Below are positions 37,381 to 51,900 of a stretch of DNA of 64,000 nt, piece after piece. The position numbers and the translations under genes are program-made. The stretch lies in the NCBI GenBank assembly GCA_002633005.1, contig NMRA01000132.1:124001-188000 (forward strand), read 5' to 3'. This DNA is from Phoronis australis. Its lineage: Eukaryota > Animalia > Phoronida. The notes under the pieces are model-generated. The model ran no database searches, was not told the origin of the DNA, and saw only the letters and a program-made list of their open reading frames with translations. How positions within the stretch are numbered: position 1 is the stretch's first letter; each line of letters opens with the position of its first letter.

Positions 37381-37834
37381 CTATGTGAAAGAAAATGCAA
37401 ACTCGTGAGTGAAAGGTCACGAGACAAAACATACAATCGACTGCAAATTATCCGAAGTGTGAAATTCTTTACAACACATCTGGAGGTGGGCATAGTTTGC
37501 ACATAGCAAACTACAGTATAAAGTGGCATAGACAGCGAAAAATGCCTAAATAGCCAAATTTGGCTACCTTCGGAACATCACGTCTCATAAGTGGCTGAAT
37601 AGATTAATCTGAAACCTTCAGTTACTATGCTTCATTCACTGTATTCCAAACTCAGAAATGTTTTAAGTACTCCAGTTTTGCATGAAAGGCAATTAAAAAG
37701 CACTTTTGGGTTTTTCATGAACATATCAAAATTAACTTTAAGAAAAACGAGGTGGTAATGTAGAAAACTGTAACAACATTTTTGCGATTTTATAATGGAT
37801 ATTGATGTCAAAGGAAATTTGGTCACGTTTTTAA

Positions 37835-38123
37835 CTGTGGCGGATTTTGGGGGCCAAGGGGGCCATACCCTCCCCCTAAAATTCTACCAGATACCATTTG
37901 GCAGTTCGGGGTGCGAATTGCTGACTAGCACATGCGCGCAGGGGGGATCGGGGAGGCCAATGCACTTGAACCAACCCCGTTTACGTTTTTTTTTTTCAAA
38001 TAATGAGGTCCACCAATCCAATATTCGAGACCCCTGCATCCCTACATCTTAGGCTGGGCATGCGAAATTCTGGTTATTCCTGTGCCCTGGCTCCCCTAAC
38101 TCAAAATCCTGGATCCGCTCATG
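37835..38123. mobile_element. MITE with 5-bp TSD (TTTAA) nested in a Kolobok-like copy
   Basis: Ends CTGTGGCGGATT / GGATCCGCTCATG with TTTAA on both flanks. The host element sequence resumes after the insertion. Confidence 0.75.
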
Positions 38124-38705
38124 TTTAATGCCATTGTTTGGCGATGAATGTACCTTTTTGCTCAATTTTGCTAAATGACATGGTTACGAGACGTGCAAAC
38201 TATCCGAGTTTAAACCTGCAATTTACGAGCATAATATACGGGCAACCTCCCCCCACTGGCCAACGAGAGTTTCACAGGTGCGCTACACATGAGCCTTCCG
38301 CAACAGGCATTTTTGTGAAACCACTTGACCCATTTTGTTCATTGCTTGGATCACAAACGGTTTGAGGGCTTAACAAGTACCGGAAGTACATGGTTGCTTC
38401 AGACAACGCCCATTAATTGACTCAACACGGCGGGTAATTTCAAACTTTGAAGTAATCAGGTAATCGGGGTGAATATTGTAACAGATTTCAAATCGAGCAA
38501 AGGATAAGAATGCTACCGATGGCGTTGCTTTGACAGAGAAAACTCAACTGCAAGAAAAGTTGTTTTTGACACAGGAGGATGATTTATAGTGGGTTTACTA
38601 TGTCACATGGCTGAGGAAACATGAGGCAGTGGTACCAATACTGCTGTGGGGCCGATCAATAAAGTTTCAGTGTTAGCATTCATTAAGTCAACCAGAGAGA
38701 CTTAC

Positions 38706-39024
38706 TCGAAATACTCCTGAGCAGGCGAAGAGTACTTGAATGTTTCATTAGTTAAATAACTGCTATTCAGGCCGGTTAAGTTGAATAGCGTGCTATTGAA
38801 AATCGCTGGGTTGGCATACGTTGGTCTTTTGAAAACCTTATAGATGTCACTAGTGTCTCGCAAGTGAAAGTCGTTGCAGTCTTCTGTATTCCACTCGTTG
38901 TCACAAGAAGTCCACGGGAGTTTTTTGGTAAAGGAGGCGAAAAAGAAGTAGATCGCCCACGAGATAATGACGTTGTAGAAGAAATCCGTGTAAAATGCGA
39001 TTAACACGACCGCATAACCGATTC
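38706..39024 (-). CDS. DAT: DAT-like exon, TM3 and EL2 (IGYAVVLIAFYTDFFYNVIISW...LPWTSCDNEWNTEDC...SPAQEYF)
   Basis: Splice sites in phase. TM3 Asp (FYxDFxYN) as in Drosophila DAT, the EL2 cysteine pair and several N-x-S/T sequons. Confidence 0.95.
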
Positions 39025-39932
39025 CTGAAAAAGACAAGAGCAAACTTTGACCCAATGACGTGTATACTATGACGTGACCAATGGGAAATCAACAAAACAA
39101 CAAACGGATACACGAATGTCGTAGTACGGAACTACTTTTACGGAATGCACAACAACTGGTTTCCCTGTCAGACTTGACGGTTACTATATATTTTCAAGAA
39201 AATTTCAATTACTTTCTTTATGTAGAAGTTATAACATCATCTTTCTCAGACATTGGCACCCCCGAACTGCCAAACGGAATCTAGGAGAAATTTATGGGGG
39301 GGGAGTCATATGGCCTACTCTAAATCCGCCACAGGAATGTTGAAGTACCTAAGAGGTAGTGTGAGAAGCGCTATATTAAAAGAACGTATTTTGCTTGATT
39401 CGAAATGCATGTTTTTAATAACTTTCCATAATATGTATTCATAAACTTTGCCACGTGACACGTTTGGTCGCCCACTCCACACTTCCCCATTCCTTTCCAG
39501 TTTCATTACGTTTCTCTCCAGCATCGTCACTTCCGTCATCCTTCTTACATCACAAAACCAACTTGTTATATAGATTACTTACGGTTATGAAATTGGAGTT
39601 GAGTTCACAGCTTCAAAAGGACTGGCAGTTCTTTACTTCGTCTGACCAAGCTCATAAAATTTTCTGTGAACGCCGTGACTAAAAACTTCATGAACTTGAT
39701 CTGAAGACTACTAACTTCTAAACTGAGCAAGGAGCTAGAGGAAACCAACTTTATAACTGTAGATGGCCTTAATTAAAACTTATTTCTGACAGAACGCGTT
39801 ATATTTAACATGTTTCCATCTTGCATATGTCGGCTGAAATCATTTCTTCTTTCTAATGTCAAGTGGATACCAACCAACAGGACTGAGGGCCAGTTAACCA
39901 CAACAAATATTGCATCTGACGTGGTTTATTAC

Positions 39933-40067
39933 CTTTGAAAAGAGGGCATATCCTCCCCCAGCAGGTGATGGCCCCTTTTCTCATGTACTGCCCTAAAGCT
40001 AACTCCATGTAGAAGAGCGGTATGCCACCCAGTGCCAACATTAAGGTGTAAGGGATGAGAAAAGCAC
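39933..40067 (-). CDS. DAT: DAT-like exon ([44 protein letters not shown])
   Basis: AG/GT boundaries in phase. KGAITCWGR is typical of invertebrate DATs. Confidence 0.95.
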
Positions 40068-40647
40068 CTGCAATCAGAACAAAAGTACAAACAAATGTAC
40101 AACAATTGTAGAATGGTTTAGCCTACTTTGGCCGATCGACGCACACAAATCTGGGTCTAAGCCAAAACGTTAGGGTAAAATGCTCGCTGCAACATACACA
40201 AAGACGTACCGACAGCGTTTTTTTTTTGTCGTAGGGGAGATGTAAAACCCAAAAATTCTCGACAACATTTTTGTTGCTGATTTTTATACTTGAATGGGAA
40301 ATTGTGGGGGCTGCAAAACCCATGAAACATCACGTTTTTTCTTTCTAGTGGAAAGGGAAAATATGGCTATGTTGCGTGGGAAATTACAATAGTATATTTC
40401 AATTTAACCGTGTGTCTAAAAGCGGGATATTAAGATAGCGTGGCGGGATGGCGGAAAATGCAACACGAAGTACTGGGTTGGGTTCTTTTACAAGGTAAAC
40501 TTTTTATTTTTCAAAATTTTATTTCACGCACGGGTAATGGTAAATGCTACAGAAAACATTTGGCCTACTTCTCAGAAATAGAATTAACAAAAAACGGCAT
40601 CTGGGCAACAAACGAATTATTATAGAAAATTAAAAGCAGTAATAATA

Positions 40648-40692
40648 CACACACGCGCACGCACGCGCACTCACGCGCACATACACACACAC
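40648..40692. repeat. (CA)/(CG) alternating purine-pyrimidine microsatellite
   Basis: ACACACACGCGCACGCACGCGCACTCACGCGCACATACACACAC. Confidence 0.85.
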
Positions 40693-43600
40693 TCATGCTT
40701 ACCTAAGCAATTATGAGTAATTTTACGAAAGTTATGTAAACGTAACTGTTTTTAGGGCCTTAAAACTTTTCATTTAGACCAACTGCAACTTCTTTCCGTA
40801 AAATACTGTGACATGATTTTAACTCCCCAACATATAGTTGATAGGTTGTCGAGTGTGGTTCTACAACTGGAGCTGAAAAGACCAAAAGCCCAAACTACTC
40901 TTCGGCATCCACCCAGGGCCACAGGTCGATACTTATAAAGAATGACCAGCGTAATTGTCGGGTTTGTTGACTAATTTTACCGAGAAGTCGTCGATTGCAT
41001 AGAACCATACCTCAAGAGTCTCGCTTGGTTGACAATAATAACAAAATGAAAATGAAGCAACAAAATTAGGCTTGATTTGATAACTACAGCTCTCGATCAA
41101 AACTCGTAGAGCAGGTAACCGGAAATTCTCAGTGCAAACTCTCGCGGTTAGTCTCGGGGTAGCAAGCTCTACTAAAGGAATACATAGGTCACGTGCTGGG
41201 CTAGGCATTCCAGGGATAGAGTTCTAAGTTGTTAATAGAAATCCTAAATCGTACGTCGTATTACATTGTTTTTAAGTTTTGACAATCTATCCAGTCTACA
41301 TCTTCACAAACGTCCAATGAAGTTAACATGGCTGACTACATTTATACTGCACACAAATACAGACGTCTAACATTACTTTTACACAAGTATGGCAGGGCGT
41401 TCTCCAAGGTCACAAGTTTCGTCCAAGTTAATTCAAAACCACTACAAACTACAAACATAAACTTAGATGCAGGTTTTCATGTTTTAAAATCAAAAAAGGG
41501 TAAATGGAGTTTGGAGCAATCCGTAATCCCGCGGCACTAAATTTCAATAAAGATGGCGACTGTGTTTATTGAGGGAAAATGAACTGATCATTTTAGTTCC
41601 CACTGCACGTTCAATTGATTATTTGCCACGTTAAACCTTTAGTTAATACGTCAGAAGATGGCTTTCACCAGGTGCATTTTGTATCAAGAGAGTGCGGATA
41701 TTGCAATCAGTTTTACCATATATGCGTGAATTTCAATTGTCTTGTTAAAATGACTATTTGCTCCACTTATGGGTTTCACTTGCGATGAGGATGTATTGCT
41801 AAGGTAAATAAAACGTTAAATTTCAGATATTGAGAAAATTACGTATACGGAACTGAATGAAAGGTTTCATGGCACGCGTACAGTTACGGTCGTAGATCAT
41901 TGAAAAATATTGGCAAATCTAGGATATTATGAGGGGTCCAACGTTCAAATAAACTAGCAACAGATGTCTGAAAACATTTTGTGCATGTGGTCTTTCAGTG
42001 TCAAATCACGGATGTCCGTGGTATACGCTAATAACCGAAACCGTTCTTAAGCGCTTGTTAATTGTTGAAAAACTGCTTTAAAATTTTTGAACAATGTCAT
42101 CAACAAAAATTGGTAACCAGAGAATGAAAATTCAAACAAAGGTCGCCATTTTTACCATATTTGCTGGCTATTGTAGGCGCCGAGATTTTTTAAATCCGCC
42201 TATGATCTTGAACATGGCGGCACTACAAGGTAAGCTGTGGTACTTTGATAACATGTCGCGATAAATGTGCACTCGATGTACCAAAACAGTGGTTTGTTCA
42301 ACAAGGAAGGTATTGGCGTGACTACCTAGTTGACTGTTATGGAACGCGTCTCTGGATACCCGGAATTCTAAGATCCAGACTTGTGCTTTTACTACAGTGA
42401 CTGGTTAATTATAATGATTTTGTAATTAGATTTCTAGGCACTGAGACAAAGTTGAGTTGCACATCAAAGACAGCCACTAAGTGTAATATTTCATTCTGCA
42501 TACCCGCAACCAGTTATTGCGAAGGGGAGGTGCGAAATTGTGATTAGCAGACCTTCGTCTTTGCTCTCCCGACCATTGTCAATAGTTTCAATCCCCTGGT
42601 CGTCAAGCGTTCACAGTCTCAGATTCTCTAGAATCAATAAACTACTCAAAATGTGAATCTACCTTTTGTTTTAGCTCCTAATTTTTTACGAAGTTCGACA
42701 AACGAACATAAACGACACACATACGGCGTGTTCAGTAGCGTATTCGTGATACTCTGGTGCAAAAAAATTGTATTTCATGTGAGTTTTACCATGGTGACAG
42801 TCAATAAGCTTTCCATCAAGTAGAATTAAAGCTTCGTCCGTGTCGTAGATTTGAAACGGACCAATTTTGGACGAGTTGGTGAACCCTGTCAAAGGTTTGT
42901 TTTTGACACTCATTTTATTGGTGACGTCATGGATGGCGCGTCTGCGGATGGAAACCATTTTCATCATGTAGTTTAGACAATGTTTGTATCTTTGCGTATC
43001 CTGCATAATAATTTCCAATTTAGGTATCGATTGAAAATCAATACTTGTTTAATAGGACTGTTTACGACCAGCATCACTGGTACAGAAGTTAACTAAACAT
43101 TTAAGGCATATGATTGAATAATATTTATGGAGCTCTAGTCTGGCTCAAGGGTGCCTTGAGTTGTCCCCCCGATCTACTGATCATCAGTGAAATCGTGAAC
43201 CTGCACTACTCGAATCAGTCATGTTTTACTTTATTATTTTTGGTTGGTGCTTTTTTTCTGTCTTGAAACCAAGTTCTCTCACTGTGGGGAAAACTCCCTA
43301 AGATATATATCAAATTGCCAGCAATTTCCCGCTGCTGACCAAACACACTTGCGTAAATTTGCATCAAACGATTGATGAAAGCATAGCTTACAACTGCCGA
43401 TTCTAGCTTCCTTAGAGGACCCTGAGGAAGTTAATCAGCAGCACAGCCAGTGTTGTCTCCAACCGTACTTGTGTCAATGACTACATATATTTATGAATTG
43501 TGTTAACTTTCTCAATTTGTTGGAAATTAGGAGCTAAAAAAATGTACACTTACTTTGCTGAGTGGTTGGGAAATGAGATTGTTTAGTACAGGCTGGGACG

Positions 43601-44523
43601 GACCTTTGCACTAAAAATCGAACATGAAATTAAATTTGGCATTTTCCGTTCTACTTTTATTCAAACTGAATGTTTAAGAGTCTATAATTCTGTGCCCGGG
43701 TATGTTATGGTCTACATGGATGACTGTCTAATCCTATGTAGATTGCACTATATGACAGCATCGTAAAGAGAATATTGAGTCTGAACTCGAAATTTCAAGT
43801 GATATGGTAAATGCCAAAAACAATTTCGAGCTCGAATATGAGTACAAATATTGGCCCCGGGCCGAGAATTGCCAATAGGGAATTAATTGAGCGTATCTCA
43901 ACTGTGGTGAAGGGCCGGATGGGGGCAGGGGAGGGAGGGGTGTGCGTTCACACCTCACTTGGCTTCTGACATATGTACTGTACATGACATTGTTTAGATC
44001 AGGAAGTTAGATTCCGTCTGCACTGTTTAACTGTCCAAGAAACCAAACTTGTTAATTAGCCAGGATTTGTTCTGACTAACACAAACAAATAGTACGATCG
44101 ATTGTGACCATAATGTGTTGACATGGCGTAATTTATGCATAATAGCCAATGACTTGAGATAATTGACTGTGGAAGGACGAAACGAAACGTCGATTATGAG
44201 TAAATATTGAATGAAATTGAATGATTAATTAAGGCAAACTGCTACTGTATCGCCTGTAAAATATCTCAACCAAACATGCAGCGACTAAAATAGACGCAGA
44301 AACTTGAAGATCGTTAATTTAAAATGTTAACAGGTCGCGAAACTTCTTCATGAGAGCTACATGAGCCTCATGTCCTGAGGACAGAGTAAAACAAATGATA
44401 TCTTCTAGGAAAAGAATAGAGGAAAAACATAACGAACATATTGCCGTTGGTGAGCCCATTTTCTGTGGTATCATTGCCTAACGCAGGCAGTCAGATTTTG
44501 GTCAGATTGACAATACTCTAAAG

Positions 44524-44658
44524 CAGGGTCGGATCCAGGATTTTGAGTTGGGGGGGCAGTGCAGAGTATTAGCCAGGATTTTGCACGTCAGACATTCGCA
44601 CCCCTGAACTGCCAAATGGAATCTGGGAGAATTTTAGGCCAGCCTCTAAATCCGACAG
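44524..44658. mobile_element. Inverted, internally deleted copy of the same MITE family
   Basis: CAGGGTCGGATCCAGGATTTTGAG..GGGGGG start and TCTAAATCCG end; reverse complement of parts of 37835-38123. Confidence 0.6.
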
Positions 44659-47258
44659 TTTTAAGTATCGTTGTTTCCAAGGATTTTCACAAATTTGGCG
44701 GGTTTCTTAAATCAGCATCCTCGACAGTTCGTAACTGACCTAACACAAGCTCCGTCCCTTTGTGAAATGTTGACAAAATTGCAATAAGCTTTACCAGGCA
44801 ACGTGGGTTGTCGGGTAAAATGGTGGCTTGGAAACCGTGTGTAAAGAATGCTGCATTCTGATTGGTCAGTTAAGCCGTCACTCAAAAACCTGACCATAGG
44901 TCAGTTAATGCAGCGAGAGGTTTCTTTCCGGCGGTCACTGACTACTGTGCAAATTTACAACGGTGCACTGTGCGCACTAAGTGGACTGAACTCCCTAGAC
45001 GTAAGAATTTCGCGAAAGGAGCTAGCGTCGGTGATCACGTGCTTCGCTGTTCTTTATTCATGACAATATCTCGCAGTCTTGCGTCTCGAGCTTACGTTTC
45101 CGCGAAGTTCTTGTGTCCAATAAGGGAATGCACGTTGACTTCCTTAGAAAAGTCGGTTAGTCAAAGGAAAGAAAATCGACGGATATGAAAGCACTGAATA
45201 AATTTTCGACCGCTTTTGACCACAGAATTGGGATTTTAGTTGATTAGAGGTGCCTCTAATGTATCGTTATCGGTCCGTGACGTTTTTGTTTAATGCCACT
45301 AAATTGCCGTGATGTGATTTTGATGGTTTCATGTTGCAGGTCCACTGATAAAGGTCGTGGTATTTGAACAGAAGACAAAACAAAGTCAATTTTTTATCTC
45401 TGACATTGGACAGTTGGCTACTAATTAATTTAATTGTTATGCAATGAATCAAGCCATTCACTTGTATCGTGCATGTTTATCTTTTACAAGCAGCTGCGAA
45501 TCGCATTGTCAGTTCATTTATAACAGGTGTTCCTGAATTCCATGAATTGTTAGACATTTGCAAGCAATTCTTATCTTTTTCCTTTGTGATTTCAACACCA
45601 GATGCATGAATTGTGAGGTCATGTTCAGGCTATTCAAGCTAGTGTGCCGACGCTTAGGTATTTAATAGACACACAATAACTTCCTTCACGTTACGTAGGA
45701 CCCATGGCAAAATTCGGATCATTAAATCTCAGAAATGACAAAAATGATTTAAATGAAACTTTCAGATGTTACGCTTTATGCACTCCGCGGCTATTAGGAA
45801 ATGTTTTTAAAACGTTCGAGAGTCTCTCAAAAATATGACTTTTATAATTTTTATGAAAGGAATTTAAGTTGCATCAAACAAAAACGACTAGAAAACTGTA
45901 GCACCACTTATGAGATTTCATCCCCAACATAGCATCAAACGAAATTTGGTCAAGTGATTGATGCCGGTAGGTTTGCTAGGAATGCATGTTTCCTTTTTCC
46001 TAAGTTTTGTTAAAAAGATATTTCACGTGATCCAATCCGATTGGCAGATAAGTATAAAATCAAAAATCAAATTCTACAGGATTACTAATTTTATAACACG
46101 TACGTATCTTTTAATCGCTGATTTCAAGAAATTTCTCCGAAAGCACATGCTTGTCGATAATTAAGATCCCACATAACGTTCGGGCTAGGACATTTCAAGA
46201 GCCAAAACGACCGGGCGTAAAATTGACGCTCAAATATAAACTTCCCATGGACATTGGTCATCTAGTCACATTCACACCTGTGTTTACAAAACAGATAGTT
46301 TTCTTTTGAGGTAACATCACACACCTATTTTCGGATGTTTTCCGCAATTGCTGCGCACCCTAGTGATACTTATTTTTTGTTTACGCGTTTCGACACCAGC
46401 TTCTCTATCCACTTAGCCCGACCTCTGAAGGAGCTTCATAACATTCATAGGGTACGTGCTATTCGAAGCCAATGCATGATGTTTAGGACGAACCCGACTA
46501 CTGCTATGCCATCGGTTTTTTGCATCTGAGTCTCTGTCTATTCCGATAAATAAACTCACAGATGACACGTTTCGGACGTATCCGACTAGTGGTGTGTGCC
46601 GGTGACTTAGTGCCAATGTGTTTGTTCTCGCCAGTCTCTCTTACGACCTTTAGTGCAGCTGAACAGAATTTGGTAGCTAAGCTCCTATTTAAATGTAGTA
46701 CTCATCAGACGCCATAATTCGACAGTTATGGCTACTGGCGCTCGTCCAAGTGGCAATTTCAGTTTTCGACGTTCGTTTCTATTTATACTCATACCTTTAT
46801 ACTATGGGAGATGTTCTTGAAATTTCAAAACTTCTCAATATTACTTTCACTTGTGAAACTGTTCGACATTTTGACCACCTATTGAACCCCTGTATGTGAT
46901 GCACGCACAGGACGCACTTGTCAACGATCAGTGTTGATCTTATTAAACGTTTTCAACAGCAACCAATCACTTCTCTCAAAGTCTCTGCTAAATAAAGATT
47001 TGATCCAGTACCCGCTTTTGCTCGTGCATCAGTGATTACATCGGAAGCAATGGAACACATACTTTTGATCATGGTTGCTATGACACCATGACCTTGTTGT
47101 CAGCACAGGCGAGGCCACATAACTACAGGAACGTCATAAAAGAAGTACATGTTTACAACATTTTTGATCAAAACTATTTTGTAAATTTCATTCTTTTTGT
47201 TAGTGTGAAAAGGTACAAGAATCTATGTAGCTTCACATAGTCACACTAAATCTCGTTA

Positions 47259-47594
<336 letters not shown>

Positions 47595-48546
47595 CTAAGT
47601 TTGANGAGGTAACATCACGCACCTATTTTCGGATGTTTTCCGCAATTGCTGCGCACCCTAGTGATACTTATTTTTTGTTTACGCGTTTCGACACCAGCTT
47701 CTCTATCCACTTAGCCCGACCTCTGAAGGAGCTTCATAACATTCGTAGGGTAAGTGCTATTCGAAGCCAATGCATGATCTTTAGGACGAACCCGACTACT
47801 GCTATGCCATCGGTTTTTTGCATCTGAGTCTCTGTCTATTCTGATAAATAAACTCACAGATGACACGTTTCGGACGTATCCGACTAGTGGTGTGTGCCGG
47901 TGACTTAGTGCCAATGTGTTTGTTCTCTCCAGTCTCTCTTACGACCTTTAGTGCAGCTTAACAGAATTTGGTAGCTAAGCTCCTATTCAAATGTAGTACT
48001 CATCAGACGCCATTATTCGACAGTTACGGCTACTGGCGCTCGTCCAAGTGGCAATTTCAGTTTTCGACGTTCGTTTCTATTTATACCCATACCTTTATAC
48101 TATGGGAGATGTTCTTGAAATTTCAAAACTTCTCAATATTACTTTCACTTGTGAAACTGTTCGACATTATGACCACCTATTGAACCCCTGTATGTTATGC
48201 ACGCACAGGACGCACTTGTCAACGATCAGTGTTGATCTTGTTAAACGTTTTCAACAGCAACCAATCACTTCTCCCAAAGTCTCTGCTAAATAAAGATTTG
48301 ACCCAGTACCCGCTTTTGCTCGTGCATCAGTGATTATATCGGAAGCAATGGAACACATACTTTTGATCATGGTTGCTATGACACCATGACCTTGTTGTCA
48401 GCACAGGCGAGGCCACATAACTACAGGAACGTCATAAAAGACGTACATGTTTATAACATTTTTGATCAAAACTATTTTGTAAATTTCATTCTTTTTGTTA
48501 GTGTGAAAAGGTACAAGAATCTATGTAGCTTCACATAGTCACACTA

Positions 48547-48918
<372 letters not shown>

Positions 48919-51900
48919 CTAAGTTTGAACCGTAAATTCGTATCAAACCCGCTGCTCTGGTAATGACAGAAAGGTGAAACGATTCGGAAAGGTGGCACAT
49001 CTAGCTTATAGTTTTACTATCATTTCACAGTAATTACTTGAGATTTCTCGGTCATCTGAAATAAGTACAATTCTTCAATTTTTGTGCTCTAAGACAAGTC
49101 AATGGTCATTAAAGTAACCATTCATAAAAACGCGGATGAAGTCACAAAATTGTACCTGGACTCTTGGCCCATGCACAATCGATAACACTTAAAGTAATAG
49201 ATGACTAACTAAATGTATGTAAAAACACGATAATGGCCAAGTAAACACATTTCCATAGTCTTTAAGAGAAATAGTTCCAGTATATATAGAAACACTTCAA
49301 CGAGGAGCAATTTCAATGTGTTGACAGTGTGCTGCATGTACTAGGTAATGTTATGCAATTTTACCTCTTATGGCGCAAAATTTTGAATAATGTGTACTGG
49401 ACGGAAGATGATCACTTTCGAGAAATTTTAAAATTGTGATTTGAGATAAAAGCGATTGCCAGATGTCGTTCTCAGTTGAATTGTTACCTGGTAGTGACAC
49501 CCAGTGGTCATTATAGAATAGTCCCAACATGTCGTTCACTATTATCATTTCAATTGTTATTGCCCTTGTTTCATTCGTCAAAATGATGATATGCTTGATA
49601 TGAATGGAGAATATCCCACTTGGTAGCGTTGACTATGGCACAATGTGTCCATTGTTGCAATCGGTAGTGACTTAATTTGGTCATATTGTATTAGGATTAA
49701 GATATTGAATTTTCTCTTTATCGCAATAACTTGCTGGGTTACTTTGTGAAATACGGTAGCAATAAATGTTATTTACGTTGGGCCTATAGCTCCATGGCTA
49801 TTCGGGCATGTCTGCGGTTCGTCCGCAAAACCTCGGGTAATTTCGTATTGCCTCAAATCATCCCTCGGAAGTGTTTCGTATCTGCACATGTGCGAACTGC
49901 AATCATTACAAGTCACGTGACTCAAAAAAGCATTCCCTTGTAATAACCGGCTTAAAAAAGAGTTAAACGTTCAGCAGGAAGCATAGAAAAGATGGAAAAT
50001 GACCGACGCGTATATCTGAGACCTGCTAGGCGTGATTGAACCGTCTCTTGACCAAATCCAGTTCTTACAATGGTTGAAGTCTCAACGTTAGCCCAGGAGA
50101 CAAACACCTCTTTTTGATACCCGCGGATGGAATAGTCGTGGCGAATGGCTTTTGTCAAGGGCATTTTCACGATCACGTCGGGCCTCTGAATTATCACGTG
50201 GTCATCAGGAGACCAATTCCTATAGTCCCTCTTTTTCATAGGTCATTTTTTCAAAGTGGGGCCTCCGTGTGCAGCCGATCAGTCGCCACAATTGCTTTTA
50301 CCCGTCTCGCACCGTGAAACAGCAGAGTGTAAACACACTTAAAGCTTGAGAGAATTATGTCCCCCTTGGATCATACTGTAATTATGACTTGGAGTGCTAT
50401 TTTTCCAAATAACGTAGATTTAGCATCCACGTCTAAAGACTTAAGACAACAATTTCACCTTACGCTTCACATAACTATTTATGAAAAATAATTAAAATTC
50501 ACTTTTGTGAAAGAACAAAGTATCTGTCAACATGCGACCAACTACAACTTACTGGGAAAATTTGTGCAAATCATTTCCAGCCAGTGATGTGCTAAAGATT
50601 ACGTAACTAAATCCTTTTTTTGGAAATTGTGAAGTGGGATGGCAAAACCAAATTTCTGCCTTAAGCCTTTCACTGCCACTCACGTTCATGAAACGGACCC
50701 AAAGTCGCGATGACCTTAAAAATATACTTTTGCGGCAGTACTTTACGACATATCTTATAACAAAAGAGTAATTCAAGACAAACTGGCTGGAGTTACTGGA
50801 TCGTTGCACCTGGCGGATTAGTAAGATGTCGCGAAAGGGGGATCCTGTCGCAGTTCCAAAAATACAAACGTCAGCATTCCTGCTAGGTGAGAGGACCATC
50901 GATATTTGTCTAATGTTGCGCTTCATGAAAGATAGTTAGCGTAAGTAACAAAAAAGTGGACACGGGGGGAGGCGGCAGATAGGAAGAGAAGTATTGTGTA
51001 AATCAGAATAATTGATTTGGTTTATTATATTTTGACACGAAACAGTGTTATTTGCATGAGTCTTAATAATAATGGACTTGATATTTGCTCAAGTGACGAC
51101 AATTTCGAAAACTGCATTTGAACAGCGTCATCAAAAACCAGTGCACTTGTGTTATCGCTAAATGGGCATCGCAACAACTCGAGTCTGTTCTGTGAAGTGT
51201 TGACAGAAATCACGGGCGAACGGTCATCAAAGAAGTGGCAAATTCTAATATGTTTATATCGTATGAGTTGCGTTATGATGCTGTTATGCAAAACACTACA
51301 TGTAGCCCAAGATTGATGGGTCATTTGAACTGGCGTTTACAGATACCTACACGCCGAAGTCGTGTATATGTCAAATTGATTAAGTCAACTGTAGATGTAA
51401 CTGAACTCTGCTCACAAATCAATCAAATAAATAATTTCTGGCTCTATTGTAGATGAACATCGTTTTTAAAAGGAAGTGAAACACGCTCTGTTGTCATTTC
51501 GTTACCAAATCGATGTTTCGTGTTGTCTAAAATAGCACACCAATTTAACATCTTTGGTTACTCCACATTCACAGACTGAAACTTCAAAACATGATAAAAC
51601 ATTTTAATTGTTATCACCATAACCCATGAGAGCCTTGATCTATAACCAGAGGCGACAATTAGCTTGAGTATGAAATATTATCTTTACAGATAATTATAAT
51701 TCATCAATTATTTACTCGCCCCCCGTCACTTTGACAGCAAAATAAATGCCCTATATAATGACCAATTTTACAGCCTAGCTACGTAATATACCACATTCAA
51801 TATTGGGCCTGCTATGATTTGCTTCAACAGCATGGTGATCCCAGACCCATGTACAAAGATGGCAATATGACGAAAGCAGTGAATCAGAACGACACACTTT

